From Prolixibacteraceae bacterium (GTDB lineage Bacteria > Bacteroidota > Bacteroidia > Bacteroidales > Prolixibacteraceae): a stretch of DNA of 64,000 nt. A model generated the notes under the pieces. The model was not told where the DNA came from. It saw nothing but the letters and a program-made list of their open reading frames with translations, and did not search any database. The translations under genes were made by a program, and so were the position numbers. How positions within the stretch are numbered: the first letter of the stretch is position 1; each line of letters opens with the position of its first letter. The stretch is from NCBI GenBank assembly GCA_963676375.2, contig CAXXPT010000012.1, forward strand, positions 3,035 to 67,034, written 5' to 3'. Shown in pieces: positions 45,530-56,722 of the stretch.

Positions 45530-48231
45530 ATGAAGAAACGCTATTCAATAATTGCCTCACTTTTTTTAGTTTTTCTGAATTCGATTCTGTTTTCCGGATG
45601 CTCAGGAAAAGATAGCTTATCTGCCTTTCGTTCAGAAGTTTTATCGGAGAATTGGAAAATGCAGCCCACCAATAAGCTGACAGGGATGGACGAAAGTCTG
45701 ATCTCGGAAAACGGATTCGATACAAAATCGTGGTACGATGCTATTGTGCCGGGAACTGTAATGGGAGCCCTTTCGACCAATAAAGTGATTGAAGATCCAA
45801 CTTTTGGTATCAATATGAAAAATGTGGATCCAATCCTATTTCAGCAACCTTGGTGGTTCCGTAGTACATTCAAATTATCGGCTGACGATTTGAAAAGGGA
45901 TGTTTCGCTCCGGTTTAACGGCATTTGTTACCGCGCAGATTTATGGGGGTGAACGGTAAAAAAGTTGTTGGAAATGATACATTTGCCGGAACATACCGCA
46001 TGTTTTCTTTTAATATCAATCCATATATTCAGGAAGGTGAAAATACGGTTGCTTTAAAAATGGTACAGTTTGCCAATGGGGAATATACCCTTGGTTTTTG
46101 CGACTGGAACCCGCTTCCCACCGACCGCAGCATGGGTATTTTCAGAGAAGTATTTCTTGAAGTCAATGATGGGATAAAAATCAGGAGCCCATTTGTTTAT
46201 TCAAAAGTGGATACTGCATCAAAAAGCGCTGCTGATCTTTACATTCAGGCTGAAATTGTGAATAGCACAGATAAGCCTGTGGAAGGAATTGTTCGTGTCA
46301 ATTACGAAGTCGGACAAGTGGAGAAAAAAGTGACTGTTGAGGCGCACGACACACTTTCGTGCAAATTTGCCCCGGCTGATTTTAGCCAGCTTTCAGTAAA
46401 AAATGTTGAACTCTGGTGGCCTAATGGAATGGGGAAAGCCAAACTGTACAACCTGAAAACCGAGTTTGTTTCCGATAACAAAATCCTCGATCAGGTTGAA
46501 AAGAAATACGGAATCCGCGAAATCCGCAGTTATCTGAACGATCATAAAGACCGAACTTTCGAAATCAACGGCAAATTCGTTATGCCTAAAGGCGGGGGCT
46601 GGGCCGATGATATTTTCCTCCGCGACACCCGTAAATCAGTAGAATCGCAAATGCGCTATATCCGTCACATGGGACTGAACAGTATTCGCTGCGAAGGTTT
46701 CTGGGGGAAAGATGAAAACCTTTACGACCTGTGCGATGAATATGGTGTTTTGGTGATGATTGGCTGGAACTGTATTTGGGAATGGGAAGAATATCTATAC
46801 AAGCCCTGTCATGAAAAATACGGCGGTGCTGTTACTCCGGAAGACATAAAGCTTCTTTCTTTGATGTGGAAAGATCAGATGCTGTGGCTGAGAAACCATC
46901 CGAGCATTTATTTGTGGATGTTAGGAAGCGATAAGTTGCCAGATCCAAGACTGGAAACGAAGTATATTGAATTGTTCAAAAAATATGATCCGTCCCGTCC
47001 ATACTCAACTTCTGCTGGTGGCGCCGGAACCGAAACAAACAAAGTTGTAGCTGAAGTGCCTATTGTTAGCGATATCAGTGGTCCAAGTGGCATGAAAATG
47101 ATGGGACCATATGCTTGGACACCGCCTCACTATTGGTTTACCGACACTACCCTGGGTGGAGCATGGGGTTTCAACACCGAAACTTGTCCGGGAGCCAGCA
47201 TTGCACCTTTGGCTTCGCTTCGTAAAATGATGCCCGAAAAAGCGCTTTGGCCAATCGATAAAACATATTGGGAGTACCATACCGGCCGTAACGAATTTAC
47301 TTCGCTCGACCGCGATATAAACGCTATTGATCAACGCTACGGCAAATCTGCCAATATTGAAGAGTTTGCCTTTAAAGCTCAGGTGAACAACTACGAAATT
47401 ATGCGCCCCCAGTTCGAGGCTTTCATCGCCAACAAACCTAAAAGCACAGGGTTGGTGCAATGGCAGCTGAATTCGGCATGGCCGAAACTGATTTGGCAGT
47501 TGTACGATACTTATCTTCAACCGAACGGATCGTTTTATGGGGTGAAGAAAGCTTGTACGCCTCTTCATGCCATTTACAGATATGGGTTTGATGACATCTA
47601 TCTGGGGAACGAAGATTTGCAGACAGCCAAGAACCTGACTGTGAAAATCCGGGTTCTGGATATTCATTCCAAAGAAATATTCGCGGACCAGTGGACCGGA
47701 GAGATTCCTTCCAATATTTCGAAGTTCATATACAAACTTCCGGAAATTAAAAATCTAACTCCGGTTTATTTCCTTGATCTGCGGGTTTTCAATGCTGAAA
47801 ACAAAGAAGTGGACAACAGCATTTACTGGTTATCAACCAAAAAAGATGTGTTGGATTATGACGGATATAAAAAACTGTCATGGCCATTCTATACGCCAAC
47901 CAGCCAGTATGCCGATTATACCGCGTTGGATCAGTTGCCTAAAGTTAAACTCGGTTATAACTATCAATATACCAAAGACGATCAGTTTGGAAAGATTAAC
48001 CTGACCGTTAAAAACACCAGCGAATCAGTTGCTTTCTTTAATTTCTTCGATGTTCTTGATCCTCAAACAAAGTTGCCAATTCTGCCGATCTATTGGGACG
48101 ACAACTACGTGACTTTATTGCCTGGCGAAGAACGGACTTATAATGGCAGCTTCTTCCTTTCTGACTTTAACGGAGAAAAACCATTGATTGAGGTACGTGG
48201 GTGGAATGTTGAAAAAGCAACAATAAACTAA
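45530..48231 (+). pseudogene. glycoside hydrolase family 2 (beta-mannosidase/exo-glucosaminidase-like), reading frame broken at a G5 run
   Basis: The 140-aa N-terminal ORF ends ...RFNGICYRADLWG*. The 768-aa ORF continues VNGKKVVGN... in another frame. The junction lies at GGGGG 45945-45949. There is a lipoprotein signal. Confidence 0.75.
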
Positions 48232-48238
48232 TTTGAAC

Positions 48239-49168
48239 ATGGAAAATAAAAGATATGCTGTAGGAATTGATCTGGGTGGAACATTCATCAAGTTCGCCCT
48301 GGTTTCCAATTCAGGAGAAATTTTGTATACAAGCAAGCTTTCAATTGGTACTTCCGCTACCCGTGATGATATTTTAGAGACCATTCGCCGGTCAATTATC
48401 CTGAGCCTTGAAAATGCTGCTCAAAATGAAATTTCTGTTTCAGGAATAGGCATTGGTTCTCCCGGGCTTTGCTGCGATGGAATTGTGGTTGGTGGCGCCG
48501 ACAACCTGAATGGCTGGGTGGATGTACATCTGACTGAAATATTTTACTCAGAATTCAACTTGCCTGTCCTGATTGACAACGATGCCAACGTGATGGGCTT
48601 GGGTGAAGCTGTTTTTGGCGCAGCCAGGGATTGTACCGACGTAATTTTCCTGACTGTGGGTACCGGAATCGGCGGAGCCATCGTTGCCGACGGTAAACTT
48701 TACGGAGGCTATAAAAATCGGGGTACCGAAATGGGTCATGTTACCATCGACCACAAAGGAATTGCCTGTAATTGCGGTGGACGTGGTTGTCTGGAAGCTT
48801 ATGCCTCAACAGGTGCCTTGCTGCGTCAGTATTCAGAAGCTGCCGGACTGAATGAAAATGAGATTGACGGGTTTTACCTCGTTCAAAAATTCAGGGAAGG
48901 AGAGGAAGCTGCGGTGAAATGTATGGAAGAGCATACCGATTACCTGGGACACGGAATTGCCGGATTCATTAACACGTTTGCCCCACAAAAAGTAGTGGTT
49001 GGTGGCGGAATTTCAGAAGCAGGCCAGTTTTATATCGATATGATTAAAAAGTCAGCCCTAAATTATGCGATGCCCGACTGTGCTGCCAATACCGATGTGG
49101 TAGGAGCTACTCTGGGAAATCAGGCAGGTTGCCTTGGTGCCGCATCTCTTATTTTCAGGAATTGCTAA
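48239..49168 (+). CDS. ROK-family sugar kinase
   Basis: GIDLGGT, and the ROK zinc motif GHVTIDHKGIACNCGGRGCLEAYAS. I moved the start to ATG 48239 because the track start is TTG. Confidence 0.85.
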   Translation: MENKRYAVGIDLGGTFIKFALVSNSGEILYTSKLSIGTSATRDDILETIRRSIILSLENAAQNEISVSGIGIGSPGLCCDGIVVGGADNLNGWVDVHLTEIFYSEFNLPVLIDNDANVMGLGEAVFGAARDCTDVIFLTVGTGIGGAIVADGKLYGGYKNRGTEMGHVTIDHKGIACNCGGRGCLEAYASTGALLRQYSEAAGLNENEIDGFYLVQKFREGEEAAVKCMEEHTDYLGHGIAGFINTFAPQKVVVGGGISEAGQFYIDMIKKSALNYAMPDCAANTDVVGATLGNQAGCLGAASLIFRNC

Positions 49169-49268
49169 AAATTTTGAACTCTTGCTAAATCGATTTAACA
49201 GATTGAAATGCTACGGAAAAATTGGTTTCAGCTTTCCGTTTGTCAGTTAAAAAATAAACTATAAACAA

Positions 49269-50543
49269 ATGAAAAAAAATTATTTCATCGTCATCCTTAT
49301 CTTCTTTATCTTTTTTGTCATCTCATTTCTTACCAATATCATTGGCCCCCTAATTCCTGAAGTAATTAAGGGTTTCAGTGTTAGCAAAGGAATGGCAGGC
49401 CTCCTCAATTTTTCTTTTTTTATCGCCTATGGCGTGATGTCTATTCCGGCCGGAATATTAACTGAGCGCTACAAAGAGAAGAAAGTGATAACAGCAGCCT
49501 TTATTTTAGCAACAACGGGGGCTTTTTTGTTTTCGTTTTTCCCAAGTTTCGGCGTATACCTGTTTTCCTTGTTTTTGATCGGGATGGGAATGGCCATTTT
49601 GCAGGTAGCTATTAATCCATTGCTCAGGGTTTCAGGTGGAGAAGAACATTTTGCGTTTACTTCGGTACTTGCCCAGTTATTTTTCGGGGGAGCTTCCTAT
49701 CTGAGTCCGCTCATGTATTCGTACCTGGTTACCAATCTTTCAGCCGGAAATACATCCAATATATTGTTGTCAACCTTAAGCAATCTTGTCCCAGAAAATT
49801 TAAAATGGGTAGCAGTTTACTGGATTTTTGGCATGGTGGCCGCCGCAATGGTATTGGTCATCCTGGTTTCCCGGTTTCCAAAAGTTGAGCTCAACGAAGA
49901 TGAAAAAGTTGGCAGTTTAAAGACAATCAAAGAGTTGCTCAAAAACAAATATGTGATTCTTTTCTTCTTTGGAATTTTTGCTTATGTAGGTACCGAACAG
50001 GGAGTTGCAAGCTGGATTTCCAAATTTCTGGAAGAATATCATGGAATGAACGCGGAAGTGGAAGGCGCAACGGCTACTTCATGGTTTTGGGGATTGCTGA
50101 CTGTCGGTTGTTTCCTCGGACTTGGTTTATTGAAGTTAATGGACAGCAAACTGGTTTTACGGATTTTTTCCATCGCAGCCATGATTTCATTGGCTACTGC
50201 CCTGACCACAAGTAACGGAATGACTGCTTATTACGGATTTATTGGAGTAGGATTTTTTGCTTCTGTAATGTGGTCGATTGTTTTTTCATTGGCGCTTAAC
50301 TCCTTGAAAGATAATCATGGCGCTTTTTCGGGAATACTTTGCTCGGGTATCATCGGCGGAGCAGTAGTTCCGCTTATCGTTGGAGTTCTTGGCGATGCAT
50401 TCGGACTTCGTGTTGGAATGTCGTTCGTTTTCCTGACTCTTTCCTACATTTTAGGGTTGACATTCTGGGCGAAACCGTTGATTAATAATAAAACGGTAAG
50501 CATAAAAGAGGTTCTTAGGCTAATCATGCGCTCATCAAATTAA
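49269..50543 (+). CDS. MFS sugar transporter (FucP/GluP-like)
   Basis: 424 aa with about 12 hydrophobic helices, in a sugar-catabolic context. Confidence 0.8.
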   Translation: MKKNYFIVILIFFIFFVISFLTNIIGPLIPEVIKGFSVSKGMAGLLNFSFFIAYGVMSIPAGILTERYKEKKVITAAFILATTGAFLFSFFPSFGVYLFSLFLIGMGMAILQVAINPLLRVSGGEEHFAFTSVLAQLFFGGASYLSPLMYSYLVTNLSAGNTSNILLSTLSNLVPENLKWVAVYWIFGMVAAAMVLVILVSRFPKVELNEDEKVGSLKTIKELLKNKYVILFFFGIFAYVGTEQGVASWISKFLEEYHGMNAEVEGATATSWFWGLLTVGCFLGLGLLKLMDSKLVLRIFSIAAMISLATALTTSNGMTAYYGFIGVGFFASVMWSIVFSLALNSLKDNHGAFSGILCSGIIGGAVVPLIVGVLGDAFGLRVGMSFVFLTLSYILGLTFWAKPLINNKTVSIKEVLRLIMRSSN

Positions 50544-50591
50544 TAATGAAACAATTATAAACTAATCAATAATATTTAAAAACTTACCGCT

Positions 50592-51869
50592 ATGACTAAA
50601 TTAGCAATTCAAGGAGGTTCACCCGTTCGTGATACAAAAACAAACCCTTGGCCTAAATGGCCTGTATGGGATGGAAAAGAAGAAAAAGCGCTGTTGGAGG
50701 TTTTAAACAGCGGTGTATGGTCGTACAATGGCCCTAAAGAAACAGAATTTAATAAACTATTTGCTGAATATACCGGAACGAAATATGCGATAAGCGCAGC
50801 CAACGGGACGGTAACCTTGCAAATGGCTCTCGAAGCTTGCGGCGTTGGCGTTGGCGATGAGGTCATTCTTCCGGGTCTAACCTGGCAAGCAACAGCGGCG
50901 ACAATTCTGGATGTAAACGCTACTCCGGTTTTAGTCGACGTTTGCGAAGATACCTGGTGTATCGATCCGAAGGAAATTGAAAAAGCGATTACACCTCGCA
51001 CCAAAGCGATTATTCCAGTCCATTTATATGGCAGTTTTGCCGATATGGATGAAGTTTTGAGGATAGCAAAAGAACACAACCTATACGTCATTGAAGACTG
51101 CGCTCATAAACATGGTGGCGAGTGGAACGGTAAAAAAGCAGGAAGTATTGGCGATATTGGTAGTTTCAGTTACCAATTGTCGAAACATTTAACTGCCGGA
51201 GAAGGCGGTTCAGTTACTACCAATAATTTCGAATTGTACGAAAAACTGGATGCGCTGCGCAATTGTGGTCGCCGTCCGGAACCCGAAAGCGTTGCCGGGG
51301 CCGACAAAGGCGAAGGCGTTTATTTTGATGCAGGAAATTTTTACCAATCAGGTAATTACCGTATTACTGAATTTCAGGCTGCCATCCTGGTTGAAGGCTT
51401 AAAAAGGCTTCCGGAGCAAAACGCAGTCAGAGATGCCAATGCCATTTATCTGAATTCTCTTTTGGTTGATATGCCTGGCGTTATGCCAATGAAACGTGAT
51501 AAGCGTGAAACCAAAGAAGCTTATTTCAATTTTGCATTCAGGTACAATCAGGCCGAATTTAAAAATTTGCCGGTTAAAAAATTCAGGGCCGCTTTAACTG
51601 CTGAACTCGGAATTGAGGTGGCTGCCAGCTATATTCCGCTAAACAAATGCTCATTGTATGCACCACATACGAAACCGGCACGTCATAAACTGACCGAAGA
51701 ATACTGGGCTGCAATTAATCCTGAACGGTTTGAATTACCCGTTTGCGATAAAATTCACTTTGAAGGATCAGCTTGTATCCACCATAAAATCCTGATGGGA
51801 ACAAAAGCCGACATGGATTTGGTTGCTGCCGCAATTAAGAAAGTGTACGATAACGCCGAAAACCTTTAA
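50592..51869 (+). CDS. DegT/DnrJ/EryC1/StrS-family PLP aminotransferase
   Basis: GDEVILPGLTW, DCAHKHG, and SFSYQLSKHLTAGEGG containing the PLP lysine. Confidence 0.85.
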   Translation: MTKLAIQGGSPVRDTKTNPWPKWPVWDGKEEKALLEVLNSGVWSYNGPKETEFNKLFAEYTGTKYAISAANGTVTLQMALEACGVGVGDEVILPGLTWQATAATILDVNATPVLVDVCEDTWCIDPKEIEKAITPRTKAIIPVHLYGSFADMDEVLRIAKEHNLYVIEDCAHKHGGEWNGKKAGSIGDIGSFSYQLSKHLTAGEGGSVTTNNFELYEKLDALRNCGRRPEPESVAGADKGEGVYFDAGNFYQSGNYRITEFQAAILVEGLKRLPEQNAVRDANAIYLNSLLVDMPGVMPMKRDKRETKEAYFNFAFRYNQAEFKNLPVKKFRAALTAELGIEVAASYIPLNKCSLYAPHTKPARHKLTEEYWAAINPERFELPVCDKIHFEGSACIHHKILMGTKADMDLVAAAIKKVYDNAENL

Positions 51870-51870
51870 G

Positions 51871-52875
51871 ATGAAAAAAATAAAAGTAGCAGTTATTGGC
51901 TGCGGATATATTGCCAACTATCACGTTCGTGGACTTCAGTCAATCCCTGAAGTTGAAGTTGTTGCTGTTGTTGGACTTCCAATAGAGGCAGCTCAGGCAT
52001 TTGCGCAAAAATATAACATTAAAGACGCTACCGCAGATGTTGCGGATCTCTATTCGCGTGATGATATTGATGCGGTGGTTATTGGAACTCCCAATAAGTT
52101 CCATGCGCCTTATGCCATCGAATTCCTGAATCACGGTAAAGATGTATTTCTGGAAAAACCAATGGCCATGAGCGCCGAAGAAGGTTTGACCATCAAAACT
52201 GCAGCCGATGCCAATAATAAATTGGTTATGGTTGGTCATATGTGGCGGTTCGATACCGATGTAAACTATGTGAAAGATGTGGTTGATTCGGACCAAATGG
52301 GCAAGATTGTTAAGACCAAAGGCTATGGAATTCACGAAAACTGGGGACCTGCGGGTTGGTTCTCACAGAAGGAACTGGCTGGTGGCGGAGCTTTAGCCGA
52401 TATGGGTGTTCATGCCATTGATACCGTTCGATATATTTTGGGCGATCCGAAACCGACAAAAGTATATGCCAAAATCGGAACCTATTATGGGGATTTTGAT
52501 GTAGACGATTCCGGAATTATCATGATTTCGTGGGACAACGGAACCGAATCAATCATCGAAAGTGGTTGGTGGCAACCTCATATGGATGGACCGGAAGCTG
52601 CTACCGGACTTTACGGAACAAAAGGATACGCCAATGTATTTCCAACATACCTGAAATACAAAGTGGGTGGAGTTCCCGGAAAATTTGACGCTAAATTGCC
52701 GATTCGGACCGAACATTGCGAACAAGGCATGTACACCCGCCAAATGGAACATTACGTAGATTGTATCAGGTCAAGAAAACAACCTGTCCCCGGACTGACT
52801 GAAGGCCAGATTATATTGGACATAGTTGATGCAGCTTATAAATCGTCAGAAACAGGTGAAGTTGTAAATCTCTGA
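51871..52875 (+). CDS. Gfo/Idh/MocA-family NAD(P)-dependent oxidoreductase
   Basis: Rossmann N-terminus KVAVIGCGYIANYH, and EKPMA. The start is taken at ATG 51871, 1 nt after the upstream stop. Confidence 0.85.
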   Translation: MKKIKVAVIGCGYIANYHVRGLQSIPEVEVVAVVGLPIEAAQAFAQKYNIKDATADVADLYSRDDIDAVVIGTPNKFHAPYAIEFLNHGKDVFLEKPMAMSAEEGLTIKTAADANNKLVMVGHMWRFDTDVNYVKDVVDSDQMGKIVKTKGYGIHENWGPAGWFSQKELAGGGALADMGVHAIDTVRYILGDPKPTKVYAKIGTYYGDFDVDDSGIIMISWDNGTESIIESGWWQPHMDGPEAATGLYGTKGYANVFPTYLKYKVGGVPGKFDAKLPIRTEHCEQGMYTRQMEHYVDCIRSRKQPVPGLTEGQIILDIVDAAYKSSETGEVVNL

Positions 52876-52918
52876 TTTTAAATTCTGAAAACAATTTAAT
52901 TCGATAAACCTTTGAACT

Positions 52919-54325
52919 ATGACTAAGAAATACCCCCTATGGATGTTCATCGTTTTTCCATCAATCACCATGCTTCTCGGCTGGGGACTTCGCGGCTACA
53001 TTGGCGGTGGCCCGTTTGGCGCGATGATTCCAGGCGCTTTGGTTGCCCTGAGTCTATCCATGTTATTGGAACTTTCGGTTGAGGCAGCATCAGTTTTGGT
53101 CGTTTTTAGCGCAGTCGGAATTGGTATGGGTGGTGAAATGACCTACGGACAAACCCTGGGGTTTTTGAGAAATCCGGATACCATGTGGTGGGGAACACTT
53201 GGGACAACAGTCAAAGGGTCTATTTGGGGTTTGCTTGGCGGAATCGTTTTTGGACTGGGTATGATTTATCGGCGATTATCCCAAAAGACTATTATTATTG
53301 CTTTTTTATTGCTTCTGGCCGGAATGTTGGTTGGTTTTAAACTCATCAATCAGCCCATGGTTATCTATTTTTCTGATCCGGAAAAACCTCGTCCGGAGTC
53401 ATGGGCGGCTTTACTTTTTGGCGCAATTGCGATGTTCTTCTATCTGAGGAATAAAGTTGATAAAATTGATTTTAAAATTATTTCCCGCATGGCAATGTGT
53501 GGGTTTATTGGTGGGGGATTAGGTTTTGGTCTCGGTGGCTTCTGGATGGTAATGGGTAGCCGGCTCCCCAACGACGTTATTTTTAACAGTTGGTGGAAGG
53601 CTATGGAATTTACCTTCGGAATGCTGCTCGGAGCGAGTTTAGGTTTGGCTGTATGGCTCAGTCGGAAGGAAATATACTCTATTCGGGTTATTCCTTCCAC
53701 TGAACCATTTTTTGCATCTACCTCAATCTGGAAAGATCTGTTGGTTACCCTTTTTCTTGCTCTTTTAATTTTCTGGGTCATGCCCAATTATTTAGATCCG
53801 ATTGCCGATGAATATGGCAATAATCAGGGTCGCTTTTCGATGGTTAACTTTGCCGATCTGGCTAAAATGCTGAGCAACTTTGCTTTTTATGGTTTTATCA
53901 TGATTTTGGCAGTGATGCGATTTCCTAAATCGGTTTGGCAAATTGGTATTACGCTCACCTTTTGTTATTCCGCAATTGATTTGTTTCAGGACGTTTTTCC
54001 TGATGCGTCTACCGATACGCCTTTTACGCTTTACTTTTTCCTGATTTTTCTAATGACTTTAGCTGTCGCACTTTTAACCGCACGATTCCAGAGACGGGAA
54101 AAAGTACTTCGCAACATGTTCCTGATTTTAACCGGCGCCTGCATGGTGGTTGCTTTCATCCGTTTGGGACTTTTTGAAAAGTCAAAAGATACAGCCAGCC
54201 TATCGTTCTTCGTATTTGTTTGCCGACGATATTTCGTGCACATCATCTTCGCTTTGTCTACGATTTACATCTCACTGGTTTCCTTTCAGATTAGTAAAGA
54301 ATCACCTTGCCTTCAATCGAAATAA
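52919..54325 (+). CDS. polytopic membrane protein of unknown function
   Basis: 468 aa, hydrophobic throughout with at least 10 predicted helices by eye. Confidence 0.6.
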   Translation: MTKKYPLWMFIVFPSITMLLGWGLRGYIGGGPFGAMIPGALVALSLSMLLELSVEAASVLVVFSAVGIGMGGEMTYGQTLGFLRNPDTMWWGTLGTTVKGSIWGLLGGIVFGLGMIYRRLSQKTIIIAFLLLLAGMLVGFKLINQPMVIYFSDPEKPRPESWAALLFGAIAMFFYLRNKVDKIDFKIISRMAMCGFIGGGLGFGLGGFWMVMGSRLPNDVIFNSWWKAMEFTFGMLLGASLGLAVWLSRKEIYSIRVIPSTEPFFASTSIWKDLLVTLFLALLIFWVMPNYLDPIADEYGNNQGRFSMVNFADLAKMLSNFAFYGFIMILAVMRFPKSVWQIGITLTFCYSAIDLFQDVFPDASTDTPFTLYFFLIFLMTLAVALLTARFQRREKVLRNMFLILTGACMVVAFIRLGLFEKSKDTASLSFFVFVCRRYFVHIIFALSTIYISLVSFQISKESPCLQSK

Positions 54326-54334
54326 ACTGAGCAA

Positions 54335-56716
54335 ATGAAATCAAATAATGTTCTGAGGTTAGGGCTGATCTTTGTGTCAGCACAATTTATAATACATGGC
54401 TGTACCAGTAAACAAACTCAAACTCCTCAGCTAGGCAAAGATGAAATCAAATCGGTTATTGCCGCCATGACTCCGGAAGAAAAAATCGGAATGACTGTTG
54501 GCGATGGTAAATTTCTGCAGACAGGTGATTCAAAAAATATTGAGCAAGGCACCGGAATCATTATTGCCAATCAAAATTCAAAACTGGTTGTTCCAAGACT
54601 CTCAGTCTGGTCAACAGCATTTTCTGACGGACCTTCCGGATTGAATCGCGATCCTCATCCCGCCGGGGCAACTGAATTTTCATATACTACTGCTTTTCCA
54701 ACATCAACCTGTATGGCTGCAAGCTGGAACACTGAATTAATGGAAAAACTGGGAGTAGCTTTCGGGAATGAAGTGTTGGAATACGACTATGATGTGATAT
54801 TGATGCCTGCGCTAAACTTGCATCGGAATCCGAAAGATGGTCGATGTTTCGAATATTATTCTGAAGATCCGTTGCTATCCGGCAAAATGGCTGCATCAGT
54901 AGTCAAAGGTCTTCAATCCAATGGAATAGGAGCCACATTAAAGCATTTTGCTGCGCATAATCAGCAATCGAACCGGAGGGTTTACAATGCAGTAATGAGT
55001 CAGCGAGCCATGCGCGAAATTTATTTACGTGGATTTGAAATCGCTGTGAAAGAATCTAATCCTTTGGCAATTATGACTTCTTACAACAAATTGAACGGTT
55101 ATTATACCGCTGAATCGCCAGAGCTGTTAAATGACATCGTTCGTCAGGAGTGGGGATTTAAAGGACTTTTTGTTACCGATTGGGATGGTTCAGGAAGTGC
55201 TGTTGCAAAAGTTCGGGCAGGAAACAACCTACTGATGAGTGGAAGTATGGATGAGCTAAACGAGTTGACCGCAGCGCTCAAGGACAAATCGCTGGATGAA
55301 GCTACTCTCGACAAGAACCTGGTCCCAAATATGCAGCTTAAACTCAATTCGCCACGTGCCAAAGGTTATAAACCTTCGTTTAAACCCGATTTGGAAGCAC
55401 ATGCTAAAATCGCACGCGAAGCTGCAGGTGAGGGAATGGTACTTCTTAAGAATGATAAAAATACCCTTCCTTTTAAGGATATTAAGACTGTTGCTGTATT
55501 TGGGAAAATTGCCTATTACCTGATTGAAGCCGGAACCGGAAGCGGGGGAATCCGGAGTAACAAGTATGCCGTTTCGGTAAACGACGGACTCAAAGCCGCT
55601 GGATTTCAGGTGCTAAAGAATCTGGAAGACACCTATACTGCATTTAATCAGGATATCATTGAAAAAAATCTGGTGCCCGATTTTTTCAATACACCTCAAA
55701 TGCTGGCTGACAATGGCATTAAAGACGGTAAAGCACCGGGACACTTCAAGAAAAGATTAGTTCCGTTCCATGACGAAATGCCGATATCAAAGGCTGAAAT
55801 TGAAAAACAAGTTCAGAATTCGGATGTTGCGGTAGTTACTCTTGGCCGTAGTGGCGGAGAAAATTACGAAAATGGTTATTTACCAACCACTGCGCTCGAA
55901 ATTGAAATGGTAAAAAATGTTTGCGAAACTTATCATGCTGCCGGGAAGAAAGTTGTAGTGGTTCTCAATGTTGGTGATGTTTGCGAAACAGCCAGCTGGC
56001 GCGACTATCCTGATGCAATCCTCGTGGCCTGGCAACCCGGACAGGAAGGTGGCTATGCGGTTGCCGATATTCTGAAAGGAGCTGTTAATCCATCAGGAAA
56101 ATTGCCTGATTCCTTCCCAATAAAATATGAAGATGTTCCTTCAGCAAGTACTTTCCCCGGTGAACCGACAGTTAATCCGATTAATTCATTCTACAAAGAA
56201 GGCATCTATGTGGGTTATCGGTACTACGATACCTTCAAAGTTCCGACTGCTTATGAGTTTGGTTACGGAATGTCGTACACCAGTTTTGAGTACTCCGGTT
56301 TGAAATTAAGCAGTACCAATTTTACCGATAAAATACAGGTTTTGGTTACTATTAAAAATACGGGTAAGGTTGCTGGTAAGGAAGTTGTTCAGTTGTATTT
56401 ATCCGCTACAAATAATGGTCTTGAAAAACCTGATCAGGAATTGAAAGGATTTGCCAAAACAAAATTGCTTGAACCAGGCGAAAATCAGGAACTCTCATTT
56501 GAATTGGATGCCCGTTCGCTGGCTTCGTTCCAAAGCGGAATTAGTGCCTGGGTTGCCGATGCCGGGAAATATGAAGTGCGTATTGCTGCCTCATCCAGAG
56601 ATATTCGGCTGAAAGCTTCTTTCGATCTGTCCAAAACCATCATTGTGGAGAAAGTTCACGATGTGCTGTATCCAAATTTTGCCATGGAGGAATTGAGCCG
56701 AAATACAACTAAATAA
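54335..56716 (+). CDS. glycoside hydrolase family 3 (beta-glucosidase-like) with C-terminal Fn3-like domain
   Basis: LKHFAAHNQ and FVTDWDG (nucleophile region). It has a lipoprotein signal and is 793 aa. Confidence 0.9.
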   Translation: MKSNNVLRLGLIFVSAQFIIHGCTSKQTQTPQLGKDEIKSVIAAMTPEEKIGMTVGDGKFLQTGDSKNIEQGTGIIIANQNSKLVVPRLSVWSTAFSDGPSGLNRDPHPAGATEFSYTTAFPTSTCMAASWNTELMEKLGVAFGNEVLEYDYDVILMPALNLHRNPKDGRCFEYYSEDPLLSGKMAASVVKGLQSNGIGATLKHFAAHNQQSNRRVYNAVMSQRAMREIYLRGFEIAVKESNPLAIMTSYNKLNGYYTAESPELLNDIVRQEWGFKGLFVTDWDGSGSAVAKVRAGNNLLMSGSMDELNELTAALKDKSLDEATLDKNLVPNMQLKLNSPRAKGYKPSFKPDLEAHAKIAREAAGEGMVLLKNDKNTLPFKDIKTVAVFGKIAYYLIEAGTGSGGIRSNKYAVSVNDGLKAAGFQVLKNLEDTYTAFNQDIIEKNLVPDFFNTPQMLADNGIKDGKAPGHFKKRLVPFHDEMPISKAEIEKQVQNSDVAVVTLGRSGGENYENGYLPTTALEIEMVKNVCETYHAAGKKVVVVLNVGDVCETASWRDYPDAILVAWQPGQEGGYAVADILKGAVNPSGKLPDSFPIKYEDVPSASTFPGEPTVNPINSFYKEGIYVGYRYYDTFKVPTAYEFGYGMSYTSFEYSGLKLSSTNFTDKIQVLVTIKNTGKVAGKEVVQLYLSATNNGLEKPDQELKGFAKTKLLEPGENQELSFELDARSLASFQSGISAWVADAGKYEVRIAASSRDIRLKASFDLSKTIIVEKVHDVLYPNFAMEELSRNTTK

Positions 56717-56722
56717 AAACCA

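Noticed and set aside
47005-47667. A 220-aa minus-strand ORF inside the GH2 gene. Similar antisense ORFs lie at 57134-57694 (186 aa), 50609-51091 (160 aa), 21728-22195 (155 aa), 51940-52335 and 28881-29240
   Set aside because: Each is fully contained in a longer opposite-strand gene with clear family motifs. None has a signal sequence, a motif or independent spacing.
51823-51870. The upstream extension of the Gfo/Idh/MocA ORF, with similar cases at 21470 and the TTG starts at 48233 and 43830
   Set aside because: The extensions overlap the preceding gene or start at non-ATG codons. Canonical N-termini (Rossmann KVAVIGCG, signal peptide, GIDLGGT) begin at the downstream ATGs.
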